A DNA stretch of 64,000 nt from Methanothermococcus sp. Ax23 (GTDB lineage Archaea; AGJL01; Methanococci; Methanococcales; Methanococcaceae): assembly GCF_049075655.1 (NCBI RefSeq), contig NZ_CP157522.1, positions 576,001 through 640,000 of the forward strand. The letters run 5' to 3'. Shown piece by piece: positions 1 through 9,969 of this stretch. The number at the start of each line of letters is the position of its first letter. The first letter of the stretch is position 1. A program made the position numbers and the translations under genes. The notes below the pieces were generated by a model that was not told the origin of the DNA, did not search any database, and saw only the letters and a list, made by a program, of their open reading frames with translations.

Positions 1-774
1 TTTTATACATCTATCTCCAAATCTCTCAACATCTTTTAAAAACATTCCAAATTGAACATAATAGTTTATATCCTCTGATTTACATCCCCTATCTGAAATA
101 TTTTTCATAATTTCATCTAATTTTTTATGCAAGTTTTCCTCTAATTCATATATTTTAAAACTTATTTTTTTATTTTTTACCACATCCATGGCAATTATAA
201 ACATTTCTTTGATAATAGCAAATATTTCATCAACATTGTCGGATAAATAATCCTTTACCTCTAATCCATTTGTAATCTCTTCGGCAATATTTGATATATA
301 ATCTCCGCATCTTTCAATATTTGAAGCAATTAACGATAAAAGCATTGCCTGTTCCATTGGCAAATACTTTAAACTGTCCATTTTAATTGATAGGTGAATT
401 TCTTCTTCCATTTTATTTAATGTATAATCCTGAAAAATTATGCTCTTTGCATCCTCTAAATTGTGAGTTTTTAACGCATTAAATGCTTTATCCAAATTAT
501 ATAATACATTATTTCCCATCTTTTCAAACATTTCAATGATATTATTCAATGGCTTGTCAATGTCTTGATATACGCCAAGTTCAGACAACTTATCCATATT
601 AACAACATAAGGATGCATTACAACCCTTTTTTCTATCAAAGGCTTTAAAAGTTTTGCAACATACCTTCTACTTATATTAAGTTTTTGGGCTATCTCATCC
701 TGAGTCTCTGGTTCATCTTCAATTATAATCTTGATAATTGCCGCCAATGTGGCTTCTTTTCCCCTTAGCATCAT
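1..774 (-). CDS. PhoU-domain phosphate uptake regulator with N-terminal HTH (runs off window start)
   Basis: Not in ORF track. Manual translation from ATG 774/771: MMLRGKEATLAAIIKIIIEDEPETQDEIAQKLNISRRYVAKLLKPL (HTH), later IASNIERCGDYISNIAEEI (PhoU repeat motif). Confidence 0.75.
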   Translation of the reverse strand, partial: MMLRGKEATLAAIIKIIIEDEPETQDEIAQKLNISRRYVAKLLKPLIEKRVVMHPYVVNMDKLSELGVYQDIDKPLNNIIEMFEKMGNNVLYNLDKAFNALKTHNLEDAKSIIFQDYTLNKMEEEIHLSIKMDSLKYLPMEQAMLLSLIASNIERCGDYISNIAEEITNGLEVKDYLSDNVDEIFAIIKEMFIIAMDVVKNKKISFKIYELEENLHKKLDEIMKNISDRGCKSEDINYYVQFGMFLKDVERFGDRCIK

Positions 775-961
775 ACCACAGATTTTTATTTTAATTTTTA
801 ATCAATTTTTTAAATTAATTTTATAAATATATTGGATTTATTATATTTAGATTTGTATGATATATACTTCATATAACCACCTTTTTTGATATTAAATATT
901 ACTTAGGTATTCAAATAATATATTTTTAAGTAATCAAATAAAAAGTTTATTAACAGAAATG

Positions 962-969
962 TTTATATG
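962..969 (+). promoter_or_regulatory. TATA box (TTTATATG) with A-rich BRE, upstream of candidate ncRNA
   Basis: About 30 nt upstream of the GC-richer structured segment starting at 992; no + strand ORF follows. Confidence 0.5.
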
Positions 970-991
970 TGAGTTAATCATATTGTTTAAT

Positions 992-1215
992 GTCCAGCTC
1001 TCATCAACTTCAACTTAAACTTTAAACGCTCCATTGACATCTGCATGGAATATTTTTTTAAGCAACTCCCGAGCTGTTCCCTTATAGAACAGTAGGGAGG
1101 ATGGACTGTCCCATAATAATACGGGAGCGGGTGTCGATGATAAAGGTATTCAAAATATATCGGATATAATTACATGAAACTTATGGTATATTTTAAATAT
1201 CTTTTGAGATACCTT
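992..1215 (+). ncRNA. Orphan TnpB omega-RNA-like structured RNA containing an inverted tnpB fragment
   Basis: Pairings GTCCA/TGGAC, CTCCCG/CGGGAG, CTGTTC/GAACAG and AAGGTAT-TCAAAA/TTTTGA-G-ATACCTT; shares AAGCAAYTCCC, CGATGA and ATGAAACTTAT with the region downstream of tnpB. Confidence 0.5.
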
Positions 1216-1256
1216 ATTATTCAGTTCAATATACATCCATAAAACCAATACAATAA

Positions 1257-2027
1257 TTATTGGTGGTTATATGATTTAAGCACTTCATCTTTTAGTTTAT
1301 CAACTATTTGTTTTTTATATTCTAAAAATTCCACAGTATTTCTCTTCCTAGGTCTATCTAAACTAATATCCACAATATCCTTTACTTTTCCCGGTCTTGC
1401 AGTCATTATAATTACTCTATCTGATAAATAAACTGCTTCTTCAACACTGTGAGTTATAAAAACTACGGTTTTTTTATCTTTTTCCCATATCTTTAAAAGT
1501 TCATTTTGCAATATTGTTCTTGTTTGGGTATCCAGAGCTCCGAAAGGTTCGTCCATCAGCACAATTTTTGGGTCATTTGCAAGGGTTCTTGCAATTGCCA
1601 CCCTCTGTTGCATTCCTCCACTGAGCTCATATGGGTACGCATCTTCAAAACCTTCCAAACCTATCATTTTTATAAACTTTCTTGCTACTTCATCCCTTTC
1701 TGCCTTTGGAACTCCTTTTATTTCCAAGCCGAAACCCACATTTTCCAAAACAGTTCTCCAAGGTAGCAAGGTATATTGCTGAAACACCATGCCCCGTTCT
1801 GCGTCGGGTTTTTCGATTTTTCTTCCTTCAATAAGTATCTCTCCAGAAGTGGGTTTTTCAAGCCCTGCAATCATCCTCAATATTGTGGATTTTCCGCACC
1901 CACTTGGTCCCACAATAGATAAAAATTCGTTGTTTCTAACTTCAAAATTTACATTATCTACTGCTAAAACTTCCTTTTTCTCCGTGATAAATTTCTTAAC
2001 AACATTTTTAATTTCCAATATCGCCAT
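1257..2027 (-). CDS. ABC transporter ATP-binding protein (nitrate/sulfonate/bicarbonate type)
   Basis: Walker A GPSGCGKST, LSGGMQQR signature, MDEPF; start moved to ATG 2027 behind GGTG SD. Confidence 0.93.
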   Translation of the reverse strand: MAILEIKNVVKKFITEKKEVLAVDNVNFEVRNNEFLSIVGPSGCGKSTILRMIAGLEKPTSGEILIEGRKIEKPDAERGMVFQQYTLLPWRTVLENVGFGLEIKGVPKAERDEVARKFIKMIGLEGFEDAYPYELSGGMQQRVAIARTLANDPKIVLMDEPFGALDTQTRTILQNELLKIWEKDKKTVVFITHSVEEAVYLSDRVIIMTARPGKVKDIVDISLDRPRKRNTVEFLEYKKQIVDKLKDEVLKSYNHQ

Positions 2028-2094
2028 AAAAACACCAATTAGCATTTTTTAATGCAGCAAATAAAATATATAAAATAAATATAAATTATAAACT

Positions 2095-2859
2095 TTATTT
2101 CATCATAGTTTTCCATTTGAAGTATCTATTTTCAATATATCTTAGCCCTCTGTCAAGGGTTAATCCTATCAATCCTATTATTACCATAGATGCCACAACG
2201 ATATCCATTTTACTAAGTGAATAGGCATACATAATTAAATATCCTAAACCAGCATCACTTCCTGGAAGCATCTCAGCCGCCACAACACACATCCAAGCTA
2301 TACCTGCCCCTACTCTCAATCCAGTTAAAATCCCCGGTGAAGATGCAGGAATAATAACTTTTAAAAGTATATCCTTTTCCTTAGCTCCTAATGTTTGAGC
2401 AGATTCTACAAGTATCTTTGGAACGCTTTTTACACCGGCAATTGTGTTTAGCAATATTGGAAAGAACGCACCGATGAATATAATAAACAGCATGGAAGTT
2501 TCCCCTATTCCAAACCATGCAAGAGCAAGTGGAACCCATGCAAGTGGTGGTATTGGTCGCAGGAGCTCCACAAATGTATCAAATAAATCATGAATTATTG
2601 AAAAATATCCCATCAATATACCAAGTGGCACAGCTATAATTCCTGCCACTAAAAAACCAGATAAAACTCGCTTAATACTAACAATCGTGTTATCCACAAG
2701 ATTTATCCCTGTTCCTAATATGGGGTTTTGGGGGTGCATTAAAACATTGATAACATCTTCCAATCTCGGCAATATAACAGGATTATTTAACCATATAGCC
2801 ACCCCTTCCCATAAAACAAGACCAAATATAGGTAAAACTAAATTTTTTATAAGTTTCAT
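2095..2859 (-). CDS. ABC transporter permease (SsuC/TauC type)
   Basis: LRPIPPLAW and EAA-like ESAQTLGA motifs, hydrophobic helices. Confidence 0.92.
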   Translation of the reverse strand: MKLIKNLVLPIFGLVLWEGVAIWLNNPVILPRLEDVINVLMHPQNPILGTGINLVDNTIVSIKRVLSGFLVAGIIAVPLGILMGYFSIIHDLFDTFVELLRPIPPLAWVPLALAWFGIGETSMLFIIFIGAFFPILLNTIAGVKSVPKILVESAQTLGAKEKDILLKVIIPASSPGILTGLRVGAGIAWMCVVAAEMLPGSDAGLGYLIMYAYSLSKMDIVVASMVIIGLIGLTLDRGLRYIENRYFKWKTMMK

Positions 2860-3062
2860 AAGCTACCTCCCATCTTTTGATTTAAAATTTAAAAATCGAA
2901 GCTTTGCTTCGTAGCGAAATATTATTTTACCAACATGTTAATTTCCTTGAAATCCTATTTATGATTTTATTTGATATTTATCTTATAATAAATATTATTT
3001 AAAAATATTTATTAAAATATTAAATAATTATAAATAATTATAAATAATTAAAAATAATAAAA

Positions 3063-3626
3063 TTAGTTGGTGCCCCCGCATAAGGCAATAACAAATCTTG
3101 ATTCTGCTTTATCAAGTTCCTTTAATGAATTTCCTTCTATAATATAACTGTTATTGTATTTTTCAATTGTTGCATTCCTACTTCCTTTTATAATCTTAAT
3201 AACCATAGTTTTATTGCTATTTTTTACCTTGTAGATTTCTTCAGTATTATTAAATACACTTTTATCGGCAAGTATGTGGGGATAATATTGATTAAAGAAT
3301 TTTAATTTCATTATTAAATCGGTGGTTGCTACTCCTCCTTCATTATTTGGTAGAGATTCATTGTATTCAAAATATATTATTTTATGAGCAAGGTAATAAT
3401 TTCGTATATCAGTATCATTTGTGTTTATTAATTGTGTAGATAATGCTTCGCCTACTGTCGCCCTTAGTGGCACTTTAATGCTGTTATTTTCAAAATTCAT
3501 GAAAATATAGTCATTATAATAATTACTGTTGCCATAATTATTATTACCTGAGCTCTGTTTATCAACGCATAGACATAAACTGCTCATTAAAATTATGGAA
3601 CAGATTAGCAGTATGAGTTTTTTCAT
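3063..3626 (-). CDS. Hypothetical exported lipoprotein-like protein
   Basis: MKK + hydrophobic stretch ending LCLC; 187 aa. Confidence 0.7.
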   Translation of the reverse strand: MKKLILLICSIILMSSLCLCVDKQSSGNNNYGNSNYYNDYIFMNFENNSIKVPLRATVGEALSTQLINTNDTDIRNYYLAHKIIYFEYNESLPNNEGGVATTDLIMKLKFFNQYYPHILADKSVFNNTEEIYKVKNSNKTMVIKIIKGSRNATIEKYNNSYIIEGNSLKELDKAESRFVIALCGGTN

Positions 3627-3650
3627 AGTATCTACCTATTTTATTTTTAT

Positions 3651-4814
3651 TTATTTAGCCAATAACTCATCGACTATTTTTTCAAATGTTTCATCATCTA
3701 TATGAGCTCCTTCTTCCCTGGTCTCCTTTACCTTTTTAACAATTTTCCACAATTTATCCTTGGAAACTTCAATTCCCATCTCTTTTAGTTTAGACTCCAC
3801 AGCCTTGCATCCTGAATGCTTTCCAAGAACAATTTCTCTTTTTTGACCGATTTTTTCAGGAAGAAACGGCTCATAAGTTAGTGGATTTTCAAGCACTGCA
3901 TCAACATGAATACCGCTTTCATGATAAAATACTCTGTCCCCCACTATTGGTTTATTTACAGGAACTGTTATTTTGGAGTATTCTTCTACCATTTTAGAGA
4001 GCTCCTTTATCACTGATATATTCAAGTCCATTTCAACATCATATAAAACAGTCAATGCCATGATGAGCTCCTCCAATGGTGCATTTCCTGCCCTCTCACC
4101 TATTCCATTTACTGTGGTAGATACTGCCTTTGCACCACCCATAAGCCCATAAATTGAGTTTATTACTGCAAAACCAAAGTCATTGTGGCAATGAACTCCA
4201 ATATGTGCCTTTTTTAAATTTTTGCTTAATTCTGAACATATATAATTTATAGACTGGGGTGTGCCTGCACCTGTTGTATCTGCAATATGGACTCTATCTG
4301 CCCCATGCTCTTCTGCATTCTTGTGAATTCTTATTAAATCTTCAATAGGGGTTCTTGTGGCATCTTCTGCTGAAAATGCTACAAAAAGACCATGGTCTTT
4401 TGCATATTCCACTGCCCTCATCCCCATTTCCTCAACTTCTTCAATGGATTTACGAAGTTTATATTTTAAATGAAGGGGTGAAGTTGCTATAAAAGTGATT
4501 ATCCCATCTACATCACAGGCTATTGCCTTATCAATGTCCTCTTTTAGAGCTCTCGATAGTGCCAATATTTCTGCATTCAGTCCTTCATTGGCTATCTCCT
4601 TTACAATCTCTCTTTCCTTTCTTGATACCGCAGGAAATCCTGCTTCAATTTGTTTAATGCCCAGTTCATCCAGTTTTCTCGCAATGTTTAATTTCTGCTC
4701 CTTTGTAAAACAAACACCAGGTGTTTGTTCTCCATCTCTCAATGTTGTATCATAGATATAGGCATCTTTTAGGTTTAATTTTGGATTATATTGGCATACT
4801 GCTTTCCATTCCAT
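3651..4814 (-). CDS. aksA: Homocitrate synthase (coenzyme B/biotin chain elongation)
   Basis: DTTLRDGEQ, HCHNDFG, GERAGN motifs; no LeuA regulatory domain; N-terminus typical of methanococcal AksA. Confidence 0.88.
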   Translation of the reverse strand: MEWKAVCQYNPKLNLKDAYIYDTTLRDGEQTPGVCFTKEQKLNIARKLDELGIKQIEAGFPAVSRKEREIVKEIANEGLNAEILALSRALKEDIDKAIACDVDGIITFIATSPLHLKYKLRKSIEEVEEMGMRAVEYAKDHGLFVAFSAEDATRTPIEDLIRIHKNAEEHGADRVHIADTTGAGTPQSINYICSELSKNLKKAHIGVHCHNDFGFAVINSIYGLMGGAKAVSTTVNGIGERAGNAPLEELIMALTVLYDVEMDLNISVIKELSKMVEEYSKITVPVNKPIVGDRVFYHESGIHVDAVLENPLTYEPFLPEKIGQKREIVLGKHSGCKAVESKLKEMGIEVSKDKLWKIVKKVKETREEGAHIDDETFEKIVDELLAK

Positions 4815-4886
4815 CTTTTCACCAAAAGTATCACTAATATAAAAAAAATATTAAAAAATATTAAATATTAGTTATAAATAAGAATT

Positions 4887-6392
4887 TCATTTTTTCACTT
4901 CTAATATATATACTGTATCCTTAGCTTTGAGTTTTTTGAGAACATCCTCATTTTTAACAATTTTACCTACGATATTTGTCCCCTCAAATGTCTCACCAGT
5001 GGGTCCATACTTATCATTTGAACTTAATCTTGTGCCGATATATCCCTTGTATCTTTTAACCATGTTAGTTACCCCAATGTATCCACCTTCCAGAGTTCCA
5101 GTTGGAGTATTCTCTGGCAATAGTCCTTTTGCATACTCGTCATTTCTTTCAAACATTGCCATATCGCCAGTTTTGAAATAAACATTCAATGTCCCTATAC
5201 TTTTTGTCGTGAGTCCGGTGGTTTTTCTAAAATACCATGCTGTATTTGGGGCTTTGTCATCATATATTTCAACATATAATAACTTATCGGGAGATATTCC
5301 TTTGGTAACTACTTCTTTTGATTTCAAAACATCCATGGTGTATTCCGGACTTTGTTCTATTACTATGGCATCTTCGTTAGTGTCTCCTTCCATTGTGTGA
5401 TTAATTCCGTGCTTTTTAAATAATTCGGATGCTTCTTTTTGGGTTTTTCCTATGGCATTTAACCGTTCTGGTTTTGACACCACAGATATAATCCCCTCGT
5501 CTGAAAAATCCACGAGCTCCATACCTTTGGTTATTCTACCCACTACGGTGTGGGATAATGAAGATGCCCGGTTCTCTTTATAAATATATACCTTACCAAC
5601 TCCGTCCCCCGTATTTCTAACGGTAATTGAACCTCTTTTTCTATCTTCAAGATTTTCTTCATCAATGCTAAGAGTCTGCAATCTACAATCTGCAATAAAT
5701 GTATTTGTGCCCTCTGTGGCTTCAAAATATCCATCTTCCATTAATGCAAGTGCATGCTCCACAGTCTTTGAAGGTCCTTCAAATTCTGCCTCACAATATG
5801 TCCATATTTCCCATCCATCTTCTAGTTCAGTATTTAGGTCTGTTGTTGTCAAATAATCTATTTTTTCTTTTGATTCCCTTATTGGTTCAATGGATATTAT
5901 AGAATCCTCAGGCGTTAATTCAGACAATACTCTTTTCCCACCAATTAATATACCTATTTTTGGACTTTCGATGCCATAAATCTCCTGAGTATCTTTTTTA
6001 ACAAATACAAGGTGTCCCTCAGTCTTATCAAATCCAGAAATGCTTAATACAACATCCCATTTTTTGAATTTTTCAGGTTTGTTGCTCATTTTCAAGTCAA
6101 TTGTTATATTTCCAAATGATACATCAGAAACACTTCTCCATCTTACATTTTTACCTTTGAATTTCTCATAATTATTATTCCAGAAATCCACAGTGCCGGA
6201 GCTCTCGGTGATTCCAATAATCATGGAACCTTTTGTAGTGGTTATCTTATATTTTTTTGATTCTTTTTCCACTTCTTTTTTTATTCCTTTTATAATTACT
6301 ATATTTGCCCCCATCTTGTATGGTTCTCCTGCTATAACCTCTTTAAGAAACTTTCCAGATTTCTTGGTGTTATTAACCAATACCTCAGCCAT
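4887..6392 (-). CDS. Methanogenesis marker protein 3 (cyclophilin-like repeats)
   Basis: [30 protein letters not shown] motifs. Confidence 0.88.
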   Translation of the reverse strand: MAEVLVNNTKKSGKFLKEVIAGEPYKMGANIVIIKGIKKEVEKESKKYKITTTKGSMIIGITESSGTVDFWNNNYEKFKGKNVRWRSVSDVSFGNITIDLKMSNKPEKFKKWDVVLSISGFDKTEGHLVFVKKDTQEIYGIESPKIGILIGGKRVLSELTPEDSIISIEPIRESKEKIDYLTTTDLNTELEDGWEIWTYCEAEFEGPSKTVEHALALMEDGYFEATEGTNTFIADCRLQTLSIDEENLEDRKRGSITVRNTGDGVGKVYIYKENRASSLSHTVVGRITKGMELVDFSDEGIISVVSKPERLNAIGKTQKEASELFKKHGINHTMEGDTNEDAIVIEQSPEYTMDVLKSKEVVTKGISPDKLLYVEIYDDKAPNTAWYFRKTTGLTTKSIGTLNVYFKTGDMAMFERNDEYAKGLLPENTPTGTLEGGYIGVTNMVKRYKGYIGTRLSSNDKYGPTGETFEGTNIVGKIVKNEDVLKKLKAKDTVYILEVKK

Positions 6393-6605
6393 TTTTTATC
6401 AACTCCAATAATATCAACCAGAATATATTTATATGAGCAATTAAATATAATTAAAACTTACTATTTAATAGTAGATTAATATAAGTTATAAAAATATTAT
6501 AAAATTATTCCATAATTTTTATTTTATCAATATTTAACAATTATTTAACATAATATGTAATATATATTTTTTTATAATTATCTTACAACATTTATAAGGG
6601 ATAGT

Positions 6606-7028
6606 ATGGAAATGGAAAAATTAAATGAACAGAAAGAAGAAGCTGTAAAAAAAGAAAAAACCGAAAAAAGGCTGACTTCCAGAGCTAAAAAAATGCTTAG
6701 AGCTCAGTCCCACACAATAACACCAGTGGTGTGGGTTGGAAAAGAAGGCGTAGATAAAGTAATAATGGAAGTTAAGCGACAGATAAAAGACAGAGGGCTT
6801 ATAAAAGTCAAAATTAGAAAAAGTGCATTAGAAAATAGCGATAGAAAAGAAATTGCAGAAAAAATAGCCACTGAAACAAACTCTGAAATAGTAAGTTTGG
6901 TAGGAAATGTAATTACATTATTTAAGCCAAGAGAAGGCTGGAAGAGATACACCACTAAAAAACCTAAAAAAGAGAGATATATAGAAGAATTCGAAAAGTT
7001 CAGAGCAGGTCGAAAGCTTAAAAAATAA
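6606..7028 (+). CDS. YhbY/CRM-domain RNA-binding protein
   Basis: LRAQSH..PVVWVGKEG, LIKVKI, VGNVITLF. Confidence 0.88.
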   Translation: MEMEKLNEQKEEAVKKEKTEKRLTSRAKKMLRAQSHTITPVVWVGKEGVDKVIMEVKRQIKDRGLIKVKIRKSALENSDRKEIAEKIATETNSEIVSLVGNVITLFKPREGWKRYTTKKPKKERYIEEFEKFRAGRKLKK

Positions 7029-7301
7029 AAATAGTTAAGTTATAAGGACACCAATAGAAAATAATATATATAGGTTTGTAAAATTATAATAAAGATTGCC
7101 CGGTTATGGATTTTGAAAATTTGGCATAGATTAAAAACCAATAATTAAACCTATTAAAATTTTTTGAAGTTAAGAATTTTATCTTTTATAATATATTAAC
7201 CTATAATATGTAAAAGAGATAATATATCGTAAAAAGTATAAAAATAAATAAAATCGATAAATAATTAATAAAAAATAAAAATAAAAAAATGAGGTGCTTA
7301 A

Positions 7302-7748
7302 ATGACAACAGTATATGATGTTCCCCCAACAAAATTAATTGAAAAATTAGCAGAGAAGTTAAAAGAAATGAATATCGAAGAACCATCATGGACAGCATTT
7401 GTTAAAACAGGAGCTCACAAAGAAAGACAGCCAGACAATGACGACTGGTGGTATGTAAGATGCGCTTCCGTTCTCAGAAAAATATATACAAACGGACCAG
7501 TAGGTGTTGAAAAATTAAGAAGTGCATATGGTGGAAGGAAAAACAGAGGACACAAACCAGAGAAATTTGTAAAAGGTAGTGGAAATGTTGTAAGAACAGC
7601 ATTGCAGGCATTGGAAAAATTGGAGCTCGTTAAAAGAACAAAAGAAGGTAGAGTAATTACACCAAAAGGTCAGTCATTGGTGGATAATACCGCAAAAGAA
7701 GTTAAAGATGAAATAATTAGTGAAATTCCAGCATTATCAAAATACTAA
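7302..7748 (+). CDS. rps19e: 30S ribosomal protein S19e
   Basis: MTTVYDVP, WWYVRCASVLRK, YGGRKNRG; GAGGTG SD. Confidence 0.97.
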   Translation: MTTVYDVPPTKLIEKLAEKLKEMNIEEPSWTAFVKTGAHKERQPDNDDWWYVRCASVLRKIYTNGPVGVEKLRSAYGGRKNRGHKPEKFVKGSGNVVRTALQALEKLELVKRTKEGRVITPKGQSLVDNTAKEVKDEIISEIPALSKY

Positions 7749-7785
7749 TTACCTAAACCTATTTATAGCACTGCTGAGGGAAATT

Positions 7786-8130
7786 ATGGACCCAGAAGAA
7801 ATAAAAAGAAGAAAACTGCTGGAAATGCAGCAAGCTGCTGCTGCCAATGCCGGTGTTGATGAACAGGCACTTCAACAGCAACAGCAGTATGAGCTCCAAA
7901 AAAGAAAAATACTTAAACAAATTTTATCTGAACCTGCAAGGGCGAGATTATCAAGAATTAGGATGGTGAAACCTGAATTCGCCGAACAGGTTGAACTTCA
8001 ACTTATTCAGCTCGCCCAGATGGGGAGATTACAAATTCCTGTTTCCGATGAGCAGTTAAAACTGCTTTTGGATAAAATATATGAAATGGGCAAATCTAAA
8101 AAGAAAGATATTAAATTTGTTAGAAAATAA
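7786..8130 (+). CDS. PDCD5-family DNA-binding protein
   Basis: ILSEPARARLSRIRMVKPE; usual position after rps19e; start moved to ATG 7786. Confidence 0.9.
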   Translation: MDPEEIKRRKLLEMQQAAAANAGVDEQALQQQQQYELQKRKILKQILSEPARARLSRIRMVKPEFAEQVELQLIQLAQMGRLQIPVSDEQLKLLLDKIYEMGKSKKKDIKFVRK

Positions 8131-8150
8131 ATGGTTAATAAGGTTTTGAT

Positions 8151-8747
8151 ATGGAAAAAGTTCATGTTCTATTTAGCGGTGGGAAAGACAGCTCATTATC
8201 TGCCATACTTTTAAAAAAACTTGGCTATGAACTTGAACTTATAACTATAAATTTTGGCATCCTTGATTCTTACAGGCATGCCCAAGAAACCGCAAAAATA
8301 TTGGGTCTCCCACATAGCGTAGAGTTTTTAGATGGAGAAATACTTGAAAAATCCGTGGATATTATCTTAAAAGATGGATTTCCATCTAATGGAATCCAAT
8401 ATATTCATAAAACCGTTATCGAAATCCTATCCGATAAATATAAACTTATTGCAGATGGAACAAGAAGGGACGACAGAGTTCCGAAATTATCTCATTCAGA
8501 AATTCAAAGCATTGAAATGAGAAAGAAAATTCAATACATAACTCCATTGATGGGATTCGGTCATAAAACCATTAGGTCTCTTGTGGATAACTACTTCGTC
8601 ATCTCTGAAAAAGAAAGTGAGGATTTATTAAAATCCGATTATGAAACTGAGATTAGAGAACTAATAAAACTAAGAGGGGAAAATCCATTAGATTATTTCC
8701 CAAAACACATTCAATCAAGAGTTATAGGTCTTAAAGAAAAAATTTAA
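8151..8747 (+). CDS. PP-loop (adenine nucleotide alpha hydrolase) family protein
   Basis: FSGGKDS, ADGTRRDD; conserved member of the rps19e-rpl39e cluster. Confidence 0.85.
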   Translation: MEKVHVLFSGGKDSSLSAILLKKLGYELELITINFGILDSYRHAQETAKILGLPHSVEFLDGEILEKSVDIILKDGFPSNGIQYIHKTVIEILSDKYKLIADGTRRDDRVPKLSHSEIQSIEMRKKIQYITPLMGFGHKTIRSLVDNYFVISEKESEDLLKSDYETEIRELIKLRGENPLDYFPKHIQSRVIGLKEKI

Positions 8748-8768
8748 AAAAACAACGAGGTGTATATG

Positions 8769-8924
8769 ATGTCATCAATTAAACCACATGCTAAAAAATT
8801 AAGACTTGCTAAGGCTTTAAAACAGAACAGAAGAGTTCCATTATTTGCAGTTGCAAAAACAAAAGGTAAAGTAAGAACACACCCAAAAATGAGAAATTGG
8901 AGAAGAAACACACTTAAAAAATAA
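8769..8924 (+). CDS. rpl39e: 50S ribosomal protein L39e
   Basis: Below ORF-track cutoff; translates [51 protein letters not shown]; GAGGTG SD. Confidence 0.96.
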   Translation: MSSIKPHAKKLRLAKALKQNRRVPLFAVAKTKGKVRTHPKMRNWRRNTLKK

Positions 8925-8968
8925 ATAAAATAAATAAACTGTATATTTATAAATAATAAAATACTTTT

Positions 8969-9715
8969 TTAATTAATATTAACTATTTTACCATCTTTAA
9001 ACATTCCAACACTTTTTTGAGAATTTTCAGAGGTGCAGAATATTAAATCTTTATGATATCCTAAATTTTTCAAATTATTTGCAGAACTCCCATTAAATAT
9101 TAATGATTTCCAATCTGACTTAACCAGATTTAAAGCAGGGGTGAGCTCTTCACTATATATTTTATCGTCCATATTCTTTAAAACATATTTTGCAATCAAT
9201 CCAGCACCAATATAATCTTCAATGGCAAAACTACCTTTTCTATGGCATGGTATAATTAATATATCTTTTTCATTTTCTTTTGCTATTTTGTATGCTGCAT
9301 CTGCAACATATTTTGCATTTGTTATGGAACCTATCAATATGTTATCGGAGAGAATGCTTTTCAAAACTCTTGTCCCATTTGTAGTTGTCAATATGATACT
9401 TTTTCCATCAGTTGTTTGAGATATTATATTATCTCCATTTAGTTTTATTTCTAACGGCGAATTTCCAAAATCAAAATCTTCAATTTTCTTCCCGTTTCTC
9501 TCCCCTACCTTAATAAAATCTTTAAATGATTGTGCTTCAACATCTTCAATACTATCAGTTATATATATCTCATCGCACAATTCCAATAATGTTGTAATTG
9601 TCGTAGAAGCCCTAAGAACATCCACGACAATCACGCAGAAATCTTTAAAATCATAGGGCAAATTATGTTGTAATTGATGAGCTCCGTAAAAGTTATGAGA
9701 TATATGCACATTCAT
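8969..9715 (-). CDS. comB: 2-phosphosulfolactate phosphatase (coenzyme M synthesis)
   Basis: VDVLRAST, GERNG, FDFGNSP, TTTNGT, EDYIGAG. Confidence 0.92.
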   Translation of the reverse strand: MNVHISHNFYGAHQLQHNLPYDFKDFCVIVVDVLRASTTITTLLELCDEIYITDSIEDVEAQSFKDFIKVGERNGKKIEDFDFGNSPLEIKLNGDNIISQTTDGKSIILTTTNGTRVLKSILSDNILIGSITNAKYVADAAYKIAKENEKDILIIPCHRKGSFAIEDYIGAGLIAKYVLKNMDDKIYSEELTPALNLVKSDWKSLIFNGSSANNLKNLGYHKDLIFCTSENSQKSVGMFKDGKIVNIN

Positions 9716-9751
9716 AATATCACCAAAATTATTAAGTTAGGTCATGCAATT

Positions 9752-9911
9752 GGTTTCAAATGTTTCAAAGTATATCATTTGATAATTAAACTAACCAATT
9801 GTTTTATAAGTTTCATCGTTGGTTTCGTTGCCGTCCCCAACTCGACTTAATAGATGTGACCCGCACCCTCCTATCCCTCCGTCTCTATTAAAGAGAGTTT
9901 GGGAATTGCTT
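9752..9911 (-). ncRNA. Putative omega-RNA scaffold downstream of tnpB
   Basis: GC-richer non-coding segment between tnpB stop and element end; TTCCCAA/TTGGGGA pairing, TCTCT-TTAAT-AGAGA hairpin, CAATTGGTT/AACCAATTG stem. Confidence 0.55.
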
Positions 9912-9969
9912 ACGAAGTAAGAGAGCTACGAAAACCGCAGGTTTTTGTTTAATCGCTTACTAAATCTTA

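Noticed and set aside
9751-9770. TTTGAAAC pair resembling CRISPR repeat 3' ends
   Set aside because: Two adjacent short copies with no spacers or cas genes; better explained as transposon end motifs.
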